From contig CP086569.2 of NCBI GenBank assembly GCA_009914755.4, positions 18,336,001 through 18,400,000 on the forward strand: a DNA stretch of 64,000 bases. Direction: 5' to 3'. The translations under genes and the position numbers were made by a program. Source of the stretch: the human T2T-CHM13v2.0 reference genome, Homo sapiens. Below are positions 1 to 23,650 of this stretch, in pieces. The notes under the pieces were generated by a model that searched no databases, was not told the origin of the DNA, and was given only the letters and a program-made list of their open reading frames with translations. The stretch's first letter is position 1, and every line of letters starts with the position of its first letter.

Positions 1-1212
<1,212 letters not shown>

Positions 1213-2879
1213 TTACCTTCAACATGCACTGGCAAAAACTCTCCCTGCCTTCTCCATTGGGAATGCCATATGAGACAACGGCCAGCAGGTGGCGATGTTT
1301 ATTTGACTTGCTAAGAAGGGAAATTTTCCATAAAAATCTGGCATCTCCATGTGACCCCCTCAATGGCTTTGCTTTGTTTTGTTTTAACTACAGCTGCAGT
1401 TGCAAACGCCTGAAGATGGTCAATTATCCATAACAAGCATTCATACTTGAGGTGCTGAAACCACAACTTTTTCATGGTATTTGCTCAGATCATGCAAGTG
1501 CTTCAATCGTGTATTTTTTTCAATATTCTGGTGCCATGAAAATATAAATACCTAAATGAAGTCTTTCCAGACAGGTATTTGGTGATGGGCATTGATTGCA
1601 GAAAAGGAGCATTCTCCAAAAAAGATGCTAAGGGGGAGAGCAAGTAAAACTTTTGGGAAGAAATATTTACCTGGGTGTGACAAAGGGAGTTGAACCAAAC
1701 TGAAAAGAATTGTATTTCACCTAGTTATGTTAATGGACCCTTCAGTGAATTAAACATTATTTTTAATTTCTGCACACTTAAAAAATTGAATACCACCACA
1801 AAAATGGGGGAAAAGAATTAGATTTTCACCCATCAGAGATGAATTTGAAATGCTAATATGACCACGCTAGAACTAGGAAAAATACATAACCAGGAATATT
1901 TCTGGAGCATTCACTTAGTTTCCCATTCAGTGAAATGGTTATAGACAACACTGTAATTCATATTGGCTGGATTTTTCTTCCACACATATCAGTACAGGCA
2001 TTAGACTATTAATTGAGTACTTCGTTCATTCGTTGAAGCTAGATCTAGTGCCCACTGTGCGGTAAAGACTGCACACTGTGTAGCCCTTCACAGACTAAAG
2101 TAGATTACTTTCAGTTTTTTCTAGAAGTTGTTCTCCCACCTTTGGTGCTAGATCTAAAGTCACCTACCCCTTGATTTCTATTCCCTTCTCCATGTTAATA
2201 AATATTCCCGACATTTGAAAATTTATGGAGAGAAACTACAACTTCACTCAGACTAATTCTTTTAAGGACACGCATTTGTCCTTAAAATGCATTTGAACAT
2301 TCTACTGAATGCCAGCAATTTAAACTCAGGGTTTTAAGCAGATTAACTTGAAGCCCTTCTTCTTTATGAAATAAAAAGTTTAGCCTTCTAGCTTACACTT
2401 AGGATGTAGACAGCTGTCAAGAAGATCATTGCTCCTGCAATAAAGGCAAAATGAAGGACATATCAGAAATGAATTCAAATTTTCCTGAATCTGTTAGAAA
2501 ACCACAGTTGCAGGGAGTGATGGTTAATATTAGGTGTCAACTTGATTGGACTGAGGGATGCCTTGGTAGCTGGTAAATTATTGTTTCTGGGTGTGTCTGT
2601 GAGGTTTTCACCAGAGGATATTGACACTGAGTTAGGGGGCTGAGAGAGGAAGACCCACCCTCAATGTGGATGGGCATCATCTAACTGGCTGCCAGTACAG
2701 CTAGAACAATGCAAGTGGAAGAAGGTGGGAGAAGCTGGCTTGCTGGGTCTTCAGGCTTTCGTCTGTCTCCCATGCTGGATGCTTCATTCTCTTACTTCTG
2801 ATCTTGGACCTGAGACTCCAGGTTCTTTGGCTTTGGGGCTCTTATTTATTTTATTATTATTCAATATTAGTAGTAGTAT

Positions 2880-3208
<329 letters not shown>

Positions 3209-4504
3209 TGAGGGCTCTTGGGCCTTTGGCCACAGACTGAAAGCTGTACTGTCTGCCTCCCTGCCTTTGAGGTTGTTGGAGTCTGACTCAACTACTATCA
3301 GCTTCTGTCTTCCCCAGCGTGCAAACGGCCTACAGTGGGACATTGCCTTGTGATGGTGTGAGCCAATTCTCCCTAATAAACTCCCTTTCATATAGACATA
3401 GATTCTATTAGTTCTGTACCTCTGGAGAACCCTGACTAATACATAGTGAAAAGAATCAGCCTGGAATACAAGGAAAGGCAGGTGTTTCTAAGGTGAGATA
3501 GGATGTGTGCACATCTTGCCATGAACAGACATGGAAAACACCCAAATGGATAAGACACATGCAAATAAAGTATCAAAGGGCTTGACAGTGGACTAGGGTG
3601 AAGTTATAGGATGTCTGGGAGACATGGCCATAAGAGAAATTTGCAGCTTTCACTGAGTCTTCACAAAATTTTCCTGGTACCTACAAGGGAGACTGGGGAC
3701 AGGTTGAGAGAACTGAAGAAGCACCCTCAAGATGATGTCTGGGGAGAATTGAACAGCAGTGGAGGAGACTCTTCTCCATGGGTCTCTTGTCCTCCATATC
3801 TTATGGGTGTGATAAGAAAGAATGACAGGCTCCGACCACCCTTTACCCGGAGCATTTCTCATGGTTGTTGTTCTACTCCCTGTTCAACCTTGAAGGAGGA
3901 GGTGACATATTCCTCCAGGACAAGAGCAGGCTCTGCTTATTGGGGGTTACAAAGTGGTAGAGTTTTCCCAAGTTCTGTGTATCCCTCTTGTAATGCAGCC
4001 CACGGCAGGTGTAGGTTCCTATCCAAGTTCATCCGCAGCACCCCTTTGTGATACTGATAAAAAAAGGTTGATGTTCTGGCAACGACTTTGCTGGAAGCAA
4101 GTTCCTCTATTCTTCGACCTAAAAGTTCTGTGTCTTCTGCCAGCATCCATAGAATTGCAGCAAGCTATTTTATTAACTTACAAACAGGATATACTCCCAG
4201 ACTCCTCATAGTTCTTGATGGGTGGCCATTGTGAGAAAGGCAGGAAGCCTCTCCTGGCTTGCAGTTTGCAAGTGAAACAAAAGCCTTTAGCTTCAGGAAA
4301 TCCTGTGTAGCTGAAGATACTATAAAGCCTTAAGAAAATAATAATAATAATTTTATTATGTATTATACTATATATAATGAATATTATATACAATATACAC
4401 AGTTGATCCTTGAATAACATGAGTTTAAACTATGAAGATCTACTTATCAATGGATTTCAGTATGCTGTTAGTTAAGTTTTAGGGGATTTAAAATACGTGA
4501 ACTA

Positions 4505-4794
4505 TTTTTGAGATTGAGTCTCACTCTGTCACCCAGGGTGGAGTGCAATGGTGCACTTTTGGCCAACGGCAACATTCCTCTTCTGGGATCAGTAAAGTTT
4601 CCTGTCTCAGCCTCTTGAGTAGCTGGTTACAGGCATGTGCCACCATGCCTGGATACTTTTTGTATTGTTAGTAGAGGGTTTCAACACGTTTCACCATGTT
4701 GGCCAGGCTGGTCTTGAACTTCTGACATGAAGCAAACATTCACGTTGGCATACCAAAGTGCTAGGATTCTAAGCATGATCCACCATGCCCAGCC
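4505..4794 (-). mobile_element. Alu (SINE), antisense
   Basis: tttttgagattgagtctcactctgtcacccagggtggagtgcaatgg ... ccaccatgcccagcc; reverse-complemented Alu right and left arms. Confidence 0.9.
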
Positions 4795-4854
4795 TACATA
4801 TGAACTTTTAACTGTACAAGGGATTGGTGTCCCTAAGCCTCACCTTGTTCAAGG

Positions 4855-5090
4855 GTCAACTGTATACAATTATATATATAATATAATCATATGTAATATA
4901 TATTATATAATTGCATATAATGCATTATGGATACTATATATAGTTATACATATATGATGTATATTATACATTATATTCTATATCATATATAATATATTTA
5001 AGTAGGTAATATATAATGTATATTTTATAACATATAATTAATATTTTGTTAATTTTTAATATAACATACTATGTAATATATACCTGTATC
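4855..5090. repeat. AT-rich low-complexity / (TA)n-(TATAA)n block
   Basis: Runs of atatatataatataatcatatgtaatatatattatataa... seen directly. Confidence 0.75.
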
Positions 5091-5119
5091 TGTCACCTAT
5101 CTCTCTGTGTATTATCAAA

Positions 5120-5325
5120 GTATCAAATCTATCATCTACGTATCTTCTATGTATCATCTATATATCTATCATCTATCTATTATCTATTGATCTATATATC
5201 TATTATCTATCTGCTATCTATCTTTCCTATATCTATCTATGATGTATCTATTTCTCTATTATCTATCTATCTCTGTATCTCTGTATCATCTATATCATCT
5301 ATCTATCTATCTATATCTCTCCATG
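5120..5325. repeat. Imperfect (TCTA)n / (GATA)n tetranucleotide microsatellite
   Basis: atctatcatctatctattatctattgatctatatatctattatctatctgctatctatc...; it generates the stop-free ORF 5046..5384. Confidence 0.8.
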
Positions 5326-5810
5326 CTAGTGAGATGATGAGAAGATTACTTCACTTCTGTAATATTCTTTCCAGCATCCCCTAACCCCATTCTTATAATA
5401 AGACAAACAACAGACAAATCTGGCATTGGAAATATTCCACAGACTACTTGAAAAGTATTCAAGACTGTTGAGGTCACGATAAAGCAAGAGAAGGCTGAGA
5501 AACAGCCACAAACAAGTGGAGATGGGGGAGAGGTGAAAAGTAAGTGCAGCGTGATCTTTCACTGGGATCCTGTGACAGAAAAAATATCATTCACAAAATG
5601 CTGGTGGAATCTGCCTAAAGCCTGAGGTGTGCTTAAGAGTGCTTTATCAGTGGTATCGGATTCTTAGCTTTGGAAAGTACACCATAACCACATTAGATGT
5701 TAATAATGAGAGGAACTGGATGAGAGTTGTACAGGGACTTCCTGCACTCTATGGCAATCATTCAATCAAGCCTATTTTAAAAATTCCATCTTAAGAAATG
5801 CACAGTCTGG

Positions 5811-6534
<724 letters not shown>

Positions 6535-7689
6535 TCAACATCTTTAGTTAAAGAAATGGAAATTACAACCACAGGGAAATATTACTACACATGAGTGAGA
6601 AGGTCTAAAATTTAAATCAACATACAAGAACAAAAATACTGAAGCAAAACCCTAACAATATGAGTGTCAGTGAGGAGGTGGAGTAGCAGAGAAACTTTCT
6701 ATGTTAGTGATGGGAATGCAGAATGGCACAGGCACAGGAAAACAGAGCAGTGGCTTCTTATGAAACTAAACATGTAAGTACTATTGAAACAGGTGAGTTC
6801 CCTGACCTTCCTTGTGGGATGTGTAACAGGGGTGTGACATGTCTCTTCATCTGCTGCTGCTCAAACCCCTTCTGGGAAGAGGACCATGCAGACAGGCAGG
6901 CACAGGAGCTGGGGTGAGTGACTTTGGGCCCTGATCCCATGGTAGCATCCAGCGGTGGGTACCTGCCACTCCTGAAGCCCCAGTGGGTGTGTTACAGTGC
7001 TCTTTTAGCTTTGCCATCCACAAATGGCTTATGTTTTAGCCATCTTAGTGCCCTGGTACCCAGGTTCTTGTCTGGCATCCAGGAAAAATCAGGGCACACA
7101 GACAATTTGGAGAATGGTAAATATGGGGTATTTTATTGCTAGATGGAGGTGGCTATCAGTGAGATGAATGGGGAGATGGAAAGGGGATGGAGAGGGAAGA
7201 TGATCTTCCCCTTGAGTTTGGCCATCCTGTGGCTAACCTCTCTGACTGCCCCTGGTCGAACTCTAAATATTTAGCTACTCCTTCTCTTCCCTCCTCTGCT
7301 ATGCCACTCTTCTGCTGCTCTGCTCCTCTGCTTGTAGAGCCTGGAGTTTATATGGGTACAGAACAGGGGGGTGTGTTGAGCCAAAAGGCAACATTTGGGT
7401 GTGAAAACAGGAATGCCTGTTCCTGTTTAGGGCCATGGGTTTCCAGGCTTGAGGGTGGGACTTTTGTTGGGTAATCACCCTCTTGAACCCAGTATTTCCC
7501 TCTCTCCCGTCCATATCATTACCTGACTCAACAGGACCCAGAAGTCTCTTCCTAAGTGTTACCAAAGAGAAATGAAAATTAATGTTCATTTTAAAAAAAG
7601 CCTGGTACTGAGCATTTATTGTTGCTTTAGTTGTAATCATTAAAAACTGGAAACAACACAGATGTCCTTTCAAAGATGAGAGGGTTAAG

Positions 7690-8050
7690 TAAAAGAAAAT
7701 AAAACTGTAGTACATGTACAGAATGAAACACTATCCAGCAACAAGAAAGAAATGAATTGCTGATACATACAACAATGGGGGAAATCTCAACTGTATTAAC
7801 CTACATGAAAAAAGCCATTGTAAATAGGGTGCATATTGTGTTACCCAGTTATAAAATATTCTGGAAAATGCACTATACAAACAGACTAGTGGTTAGATTA
7901 GTAGCACTTGAAGGCTGACGAGACAGAAAGGTTGATGACAAAAGGTCAAAGAATGATGTGTAGTTTGAGGCACTACTTTATGCACAGATTATGTTGTCAA
8001 TATGCTTACTATTTTCATCAAAACTTGCAAAACCCTACAAAAAAAAGAAT
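7690..8050 (+). mobile_element. Possible old L1 3'-end fragment
   Basis: Resembles older L1 3' UTRs (...gaatgaaacactatccagcaacaagaaagaaatgaattgctgatacatacaacaatggg...agtggttag...); weak, by eye only. Confidence 0.35.
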
Positions 8051-8564
8051 GAGTTTTACTTTATATATAAGATAATCACAATTATTTTTAAAATCATCAT
8101 TGTGAGAACACACATAAGAAACATATGAAACATAAAACAGGTGTCAGGCTTGCAGAAATAAAATTTAGAATATTAGATTTTCCACAATTCCCTTTGTGAG
8201 TGAGAAAGCACGATTCATTTTCAGCATAGAAGAGAAAACCAAAGCTCAGAGCAGTTTGACCACAAGTCCTCAGTCACACAACTGAGAAATGCTCAAATGC
8301 TCAAAAGTCAATACCTTTCTGAGTATCTCTCTGCAGTTCTTAATTTCTGGCACAATCATAAAGCTTTGGGGGAAAACATAAAAGCAGAGAGCTCAAAGGG
8401 TAGTGAAACGGCAACTCACAACACATTTGTTATTAAAAAAGCTAATTAGTCATATTTCTTTCACATTACATGGGGCTGTAAGACTGTCAGCACTCGTGAT
8501 AACAAAAAATTTATTCACAGACTTGAGGAGAATAAAAATGCCTCAGATGAAATGTATGGTTTTT

Positions 8565-8945
8565 TTTGTTAATTTTTGTAGGTACATAGTAGTTGTATCT
8601 ATTTATGGGTTACGTGAGATATTTTGATACAGGCATACAATGTGTAATAACAAACATCAGGGCAAATTGGGTACCACACCCTCAATTATTTGTCATTTGT
8701 GTCCAGTTATTTGCAACAACATGGATGGAACTGGAGGTCATTATGATAAGTGAACTGAGACAGATGCAGAAAAACAAACTTTGTATATTCTTGTTTATTT
8801 ATTAGAGCTGAAAATCAAAACAATTGAACTATGGAGATAGAGGGTAGAAAGATGGTTACCAGAGCCTGAAAAGGGTAGTTGGGGGGTTGTTTAATGGGTA
8901 CAAAATATAGTTAGAAATAATGAAACCTCTAGTATTTAATGAACT
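8565..8945 (+). mobile_element. L1 3' end (L1PB/older L1PA-like)
   Basis: ...ttgcaacaacatggatggaactggaggtcattatgataagtgaactgagacagatgcagaaaaacaaac... then ...gtagaaagatggttaccagagcctgaaaagggtagttggggggttgtttaatgggtacaaaatatagttagaaataatg; typical L1 ORF2 end / 3' UTR of older primate L1. Confidence 0.5.
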
Positions 8946-10547
8946 TTATATGGCCTTTCAGCAAACAGATGCTAAACATACCACTTATATGGCCTTTCAG
9001 TGAACTGACCCTAAACTTAACATTTTAGAAGGGAATGTGCACCTTAAAGGGTTATATGAACCTGACTTTCAAGTTCTCCAGTGTTGGGACTGTATCTAAT
9101 TCATCTACTTATCCAACTATATTAGTTTTAGGCATCTATTTAGGTGTGTTATTTGTAGTGTCCTGAAAAAGGCAGTTTTGTGGTAAAGGTTTTCCTTAGT
9201 TTTCTAGGTTTAGTGGCAGAACCCCTTTGCATTTGATTAATATTTTTCTACCAGCTGGGATGACTATGGAATAGCTGTGCATTGAGGCTAAAAGAACTTG
9301 TGATTCAAAAGACAGAAAGGTACACAAGCCCTGTTATCTTGGTATTCCAGAAGTAGCAATTCAGTGAATTTAGATAAACAATGACAGGTTGAGCATTTTG
9401 TAAATTGTCATTCCTGAGATCAGTGGGAACCGTCCACTCTAGGGACCCCAGCCTTTATATGTAGTCTTACTTTTAAAAAAGTCATCAATCCTGGCTTTTT
9501 AGCTGATGGAAAAAAAAATCCAGCTAGTTTTCTGGTATCCATACTATAATTCCCAAAAAGATGGAATATATTTAGAATATGCTTATAATATTCTTTCAAC
9601 ACTGAAATTACGATTACAACAGGACAATCTTCATGTAGAGTCTCATTCCATAGCTACTTTCTCCTTGGTTTTTCATTTACATCAGATTCTAATATTAAAC
9701 AGACTTTAAATTTGTCATTCAACAGGACACAGAAGCAAATGCAGTTCTCTCAGTAATCAGCATTATGAGATTTTTTTTCTTACAAAGAGGCTAGTGCTTA
9801 TATAAAGATGGCTGAAGAATATTTTTTCTAAAAAACCAGCTGAAAAAAAGTCGTTAAGGCCCCAGTAGAATTCAAGTACAGGATTAAGTCAAACAGCCAA
9901 ACACACTCCTACATGGATAAACTGTTGAATCACATTCAGTGAAACCTGAAACAATAAACAAAAAGTCTCTCTAATGTTCTAAAGTAGTACCACAAATTAA
10001 CTCTCCCTATGTATACTTAGTAAACCTGATGCATCATGTCATTAGTTAACATTTGTGCATTTTGTTGTTTATGTGCTATACTTTAAAGAAAAAAGCAACC
10101 AAAATAAAAATACATTACAAACTATGCTGTTTCTTTATAATCAACTTTTTCCTTCATCTCCCCTGGCATTTTGTGGTATGACAGTCATTTTAAAAGTACC
10201 ACTAAATTTGTGACTTCTTTAAAAAAAAACTTTAAATTCTAGGATACATGTGCACAACATGCAGGTTTGTTACATAGGTATACATGTGCCATGTTGGTTG
10301 GCTGCATTAAACAACTCGTCATTTACACTAGGTATTTCTCCTAATGCTATCCCTCCTCCAGACACCCTACCCCCTATAAGGCCCTGGTGTGTGATGTTCC
10401 CCACCCTGTGTCCATGTGTTCTCACTCAGCTCCCACCTGTGAGTGAGAACATGCCATGTTTGGTTTCCTGTGTTTGTGATAGTTTACTTAGAATGATGGT
10501 TTCCAGCTTCATTCATGTCCCTGCAAAGGACAGGAACTCATCCTTTT

Positions 10548-14455
<3,908 letters not shown>

Positions 14456-14517
14456 TTCCGTGTTTAGTGCCTCTTTCAGGAGCTCTTGTAAGGGAAGCTT
14501 GGTGGTGACAAAATCTA

Positions 14518-15520
14518 TCAGCATTTGCTTGTCTGAAAATTCTTTTCTTTAAGAATGTTGAATATTGGCACCCACTCTGTTCTGGCGAGTAGGGTTTCTG
14601 CTGAGAGATCTGCCGTTAGTCTCATGGGCTTTCCTTTGTGGGTAACCCAACCTTTCTCTCTGGCTGACCTTAACATTTTTCGCTTGATATCAACCTTGGT
14701 GAATCTGACAATTATGTGTCTTGGGGTTGCTCTTCTTGAGGAGTAGCTTTGTGCTCTTCTCTGTATTTCCTGAATTTGAATGGTTGCCTGCCTTGCTAGA
14801 TTGGGAAAGTTATCTAGGATAATATCTTGAAGATTGTTTTTTAACTTGGTTCCACTGTTCTCATCACTTTCTGGTACACCAATCAAATGTATATTTTGTC
14901 TTTTCACATAGTCTTATATTTCTTGGAGGCTTTGTTCATATCTTTTCACTCTTTTTTCTCTAATCTTGTCTTCTCACTTTATTTCATTAATTTTATCTTC
15001 AATCTCTGATATCCTTTCTTCCACTTAATTGAACTGACTATTGAAGCTTGTGCTTGCATCATGAAGTTGTCATGCCATGGTTTTTAGCTCCATCACATCA
15101 TTTAAAATTTTATCTACACTGTTTATTCTAGTTGGCCATTCATCTAACCTTTTTTCAAGGTTTTTAGCTTCCCTGTGATGAGTTAGAACATGCTCCTATA
15201 GCTTGGAGAAGTTTGTTTTACCCACCTTCTGAAGCCTACTTCTGTCAACTCATCAAACTCATTCTCCGTCTAGTTTTGTTTCCTTGCTGGTGAGGAGCTG
15301 TGATGCTTTGCAGTAGAAGAGACGCTCTATTTTTCGGGATTTTCTGCTTCTCTGCTCTGGTTTCTTCCCATCTTTGTGGTTTTATCTACCTTTGGTCTTT
15401 GATGCTGGTCACCTGCAGATGGGGTTTTTGTGTGGATGTCCTTTGTGTTGATGTTGATGTTATCCCTTTCTGTTTGTTAATTTTCCTTGTAACAGTCAGA
15501 CACCTCAGCTGCAGGTCTGT
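14518..15520 (-). pseudogene. L1 ORF1 remnant
   Basis: Minus ORF 14518..14907 (...NLARQATIQIQEIQR...PRHIIVRFTKVDIKRKMLRSAREKGWVTHKGKPMRLTADLSAETL...[10 protein letters not shown]) is the C-terminal half of L1 ORF1p. The upstream part is fragmented. Confidence 0.65.
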
Positions 15521-16390
15521 TGGTGTTTGCTAGAGGTCCATTCCAGACGTGGTTTGACTGGGTATCACCAGTGGAGTCTGCAGAACAGCAAATATTGCTG
15601 CCTGATCCTTCCCCTGGAACTTTGTCCCAGAGGTGCACCCACATGTTTGAGGTGTCTGTTGGCCCCTACTGGGAGGTGTTTCCCAGTCAGGCCACACAGG
15701 GGTCAGGTACCCATTTCAGGAGGCAGCCTGTCTGTTCTCAGAGCTCCAAAGCCATGTTGAGAGAACCACTGCTCTCTTCAGAGCTGTTAGACATGGATGT
15801 TAAAATCTACAGAAGTTGTCTGTTGCCTTTTGTTCTACTATGCCCTGTCCCCAGAGGTGGAATCTATAGAGGCAGTAGGCCTTGCTGAGCTGCAGTGGGC
15901 TCCACCTGGTCCAGGCTGCCTGGCCTCTTTGTTTACACTGTGAGCTACTCAAGCCTCAGCTGTGGTGATGCCCTCCCCCTATCAAGCTGCAGCATTGCAC
16001 GTCAATATCAGACTGCTGTGCTAGCCATGAGCAAGGCTCTATGGGTGTGGGACTCATTGAGAGAGTCATGGAAGGGTATCTCCTGGTCTGCCGGTTGCTA
16101 AGACTGTGGGAATAGCACAGTATTTGGACAGGAGTGTACCATTTCTCCAGATACAGTCTGTCACAGCTTCCCTTGGCTAGGAAAGGGAAATCCCCAACTC
16201 CTTGTTCTTCCTGGATGAAGTGATGCCCTGCCCTGCTTTGGCTCTCCCTTGGTGGGCTGTACCCACTGTCCAACAAGTCTCAACAAGATGAACCAGGTAA
16301 CTCAGTTGGAAATGCAGAAATCACCCATCTTCTGTGTCGATCTTGCTGGGAGCTGCAGAGCTGTGCCTATTCGGCAATCTTGGAAGTGAC
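15520..16390 (-). promoter_or_regulatory. L1PA 5' UTR (internal sense promoter and antisense promoter region), degenerate
   Basis: Position within the full-length element, plus recognisable 5'-UTR terminal sequence; function not assessable from sequence. Confidence 0.5.
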
Positions 16391-16914
16391 CAACTTGTGA
16401 CTTCTAATATCACTTTGTTCACTTACCTGTGGTTGTTTCAATTATTCTTCTATGGAATCTGTAATATTACAGTTTTTAATATTGATAAGGTTTTTCTGCT
16501 GGAGGCTTTTCATACAATAAATTGAGTTTTTTGTTTGTTTGTTTTTTACTTTTTTTTCCAGATTTTGTTTGTTAGTTTTGTTTTGTTTTAACACCATGAT
16601 TATCTTTCTTCTTTTTAGAGTCTTTTTGGAGTCTCAAGTTTGATAAAAAACTACCAATAATGATTTGTTAGAAACAAACTTTTGCAACTTTTCTGTGCCT
16701 CCTCAGAGTGAATGCTGTAAGACCATGTATTATATCTTCTCCAGCATATAGAAAGGAGAGCTTTGGTCAGTTCAGGGTAAAACTTAAGCAGTAATGCTAA
16801 CACATAATATGTTGTGATTTAATAAAGAGAGATAGAATAATAAATACCAGGCATGTGATTGAATGACCAAGTATCAAATATAGTATAACCTACAGCATTA
16901 TGATTTGTGTCCTA

Positions 16915-17306
16915 TTTTTTTTTTTTTTAAGTTCAGGAGTACATGTACAGGACCTGCAGGTTTGTTACAGAGGCTAAACATTTGGCATGGGTGTTTGTTG
17001 TACAGATTATTTTATCATCCAACTATTAAACTTAGTATCCATTAGTTATTTTTCCTGATCCTCTCCCCTCTCTCAACCCCCACTCTTTAATAGACCAGTG
17101 TATGTTGTTCCCTGCTAAGTGTTTATGTGTTCTCATCATTTAGCTACCATTTAAGTGAGAAAATATGGCATTTGGTTTTCTGTTCCTGCATTAGTTGGAT
17201 AAGGATAATGGCCTCCATCCCCATCCATGTCCTTTCAAAAGACAAAATCTTTTTCTTTATTAAGGCTGCTTATTATTCCATGGTGGGTATGCACCACATT
17301 TTCTTT
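16915..17306 (-). mobile_element. Older L1 3'-end fragment; target of a later L1 insertion, continues at 21335-21395
   Basis: poly-T at 16915-16930, then ...gttcaggagtacatgtacaggacctgcaggtttgttacagaggc... and ...ccatggtgggtatgcaccacattttctt, all antisense L1 3' end. It is interrupted after 17306 and resumes at 21335 (...gcaccacattttctttatccagtccatcactgatg...). Confidence 0.6.
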
Positions 17307-21395
<4,089 letters not shown>

Positions 21396-21744
21396 TGACT
21401 CCTCATGGTTTCCAGCATAGGTTAGATGAAGAATGAAAAATCCTACTTGGTTCAACCAGCATTTATGAAAAACTTTCAACAAGCATCAGGTGCCTACCAA
21501 GTCTAATCCATTTTTTTCCCAGAACTTGATGACGTCTGAGATATTGTCCCGATTTTATACATGTTGGACTTCCAGAATGATTATTAGCTGGGTCCTCTGT
21601 TTATCACCACACATGCTGAGGGTTGCTTGGAAGTGAGAGAGGATTTGGCCCAAATTGTGGTCTTTCTCCAAAATATTTTGTTGTTGTTTTCTAATTTTGG
21701 ATATTTGCTGCAACCACACTTTGTCATTGAAATTGCTGCAGTTT

Positions 21745-22195
21745 CTCCAGCCCAGGTGCCCATCAGTCAACAAGTAGATAAAGAAACTAGTATACACACA
21801 ATGAAACACTACTCAGTCATAAAAAGGAATTAATTAATGGCATTCACAGCAATCTGGATGGGATTGGAGACTATCAATTGTAAGTGATGTAACTCAGGAA
21901 TGGAAAACCAAACATCGTATGTTCTCACTCATAAGTGGGGGCTAAGCTATGATGACACAAAAGAATAACAAAGACTTAATGGACTCAGGGGAGAAAGGGT
22001 GGGAAGGGGGTGAGGGATAAAAGGCTACAAGTTGGGTACAGCATATACTGCTTAGGCAATGGGTGCACAAATGTCTCACAAATCACCACTAAAGAACTTA
22101 CTTATGTATACAAATACCACCTGTTCCCCAAAAACCTATGAAAATGAAAAATTAAAAGAAAAGAAAAGAAAAGCTTGAGATTTCAAACTGTCACA
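21745..22195 (+). mobile_element. Older L1 3' end (ORF2 end + 3' UTR)
   Basis: ccaggtgcccatcagtcaacaagtagataaagaaactagtatacacacaatgaaacactactcagtcataaaaaggaat...ggaatggaaaaccaaacatcgtatgttctcactcataagtggg...; ends in an A-rich tail aaaattaaaagaaaagaaaagaaaag. Confidence 0.7.
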
Positions 22196-23069
22196 TGCTG
22201 GTCGATTTCATTCTTAACTCATTGTCCCATTTTTCTAATGCTGACTTGCTATGGATATATGTTTGTATGTTTTTAAGTATTTGTAAGTACAGAAAAATGA
22301 AAGAACAATAATGAAATCCCAGTAGCCACCATCTAGAATTAAAAAATGCAAATATTACCTTTCCATTTAGATATTTATATTTAAAAAATGATTACAGGAT
22401 TATCCCTTTAGACTTATGCTAAATCTGTCTCCCTCCTTCACCAGAAAATCATTTTCATGAATCAGCCTTGTAACATTCCAGTGCAAATGAGAACACTTTC
22501 AAAATACTAATACATGGAACCATCAATCATAGGATTTCTCTTTGTTTTTTACATTCAAATGAATCATTATTCTGCTTACAAACATTTTCACACAACATTA
22601 AATCATATACAATAGCTCTTGTTCATTCACTTCAACTGCTGAGAAAATTTTTATCCATTCTTTGTTACATGTATAACTATAAATTTGTCCATTTCTTTTT
22701 TTATATATAACATGTTGCTTTTTTTCTGTTTTCTCTTCCTCCTATTTTGTTTTTTTATTGGTGCCATCTCTTAGATTGATAATGTTCATCAGCCTTTTTT
22801 TCCCTTATATTGGTCTGGAATTTCACTTTCATTTTTAAACACTCCATCTTTAATAATGGTTAATTCTAAAATGTTAACATATTTGTATATGTATATGATT
22901 AACCAGTATCTCTAATTTTCTTCTAGATAACAAGTCATAAAACACTATAAACATCACCTTCATCTTCTTTCATGCAGTATTTTTCAATATATTAAATCTG
23001 CCTTTTTACATACTCCACAAAATTAAACATTTTATTTACTAGTATGGCTACAAAAAGAAAGAAAGAAAG

Positions 23070-23650
23070 AAAGACCTAGTATTTGATACCATAACAGGGG
23101 GACTGCAGTCAATAATAATTAATTGTACATTTTAAAATAACTAAAACAGGCCAGGCATTGCAGGCATTGTGGTTCATGCTTGTAACCCTGCTATTTTGGG
23201 AGGCTGAGGTTGGCAGATCAGCAGAGGTCAAGAGTTCAAGACTAGCCTGGCCAACACAGAGAAAACCCATCTCTACTAAAAATACACAAATTAGCCTGGC
23301 ATGGTGGCAGGTACCTATAATCCCACTTACTTTGGAGGCTGAGGCAGAAGAAATGCTTGAACCAGGGAGACAGAAGTTGCAGTGAGCCAAGATTGCACCA
23401 CTGTACTCCAGCTTGGGTGACAGAGCGAGACTCCATCTCCAAATAAAATAAATAAATGAACAAATAATTGAATTGATTGGCACACAAAAGATAAATATCC
23501 AAGGATTGGATAGACAATTTTGCATGCTGTGACTATTACACATTGCGTGCCTGTACCAAAATATCTCTTGTAACACCATAAAATATATGTCCCTACTATG
23601 TACCTACAAAAATTAAAAAATAAATTTTTTAAAGTACATTTACTACCATA
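23070..23650 (+). mobile_element. L1PB-like 3' UTR fragment split by an Alu
   Basis: ...gggggactgcagtcaataataattaattgtacattttaaaataactaaaaca [Alu] ...ccataaaatatatgtccctactatgtacctacaaaaattaaaaaataaatttttt closely parallels the L1 3' end at 60630-60850 of this window. Confidence 0.5.
23149..23455 (+). mobile_element. Alu (older subfamily)
   Basis: ggccaggcattgcaggcattgtggttcatgcttgtaaccctgctattttgggaggctgaggttggcagatcagcagaggtcaagagttcaagactagcctggccaac... with diverged tail aaataaaataaataaatg. Confidence 0.9.

Noticed and set aside
5046..5384. 112-aa ORF rich in I/Y/L/S
   Set aside because: Translation of the (TCTA)n / (TA)n microsatellite block.
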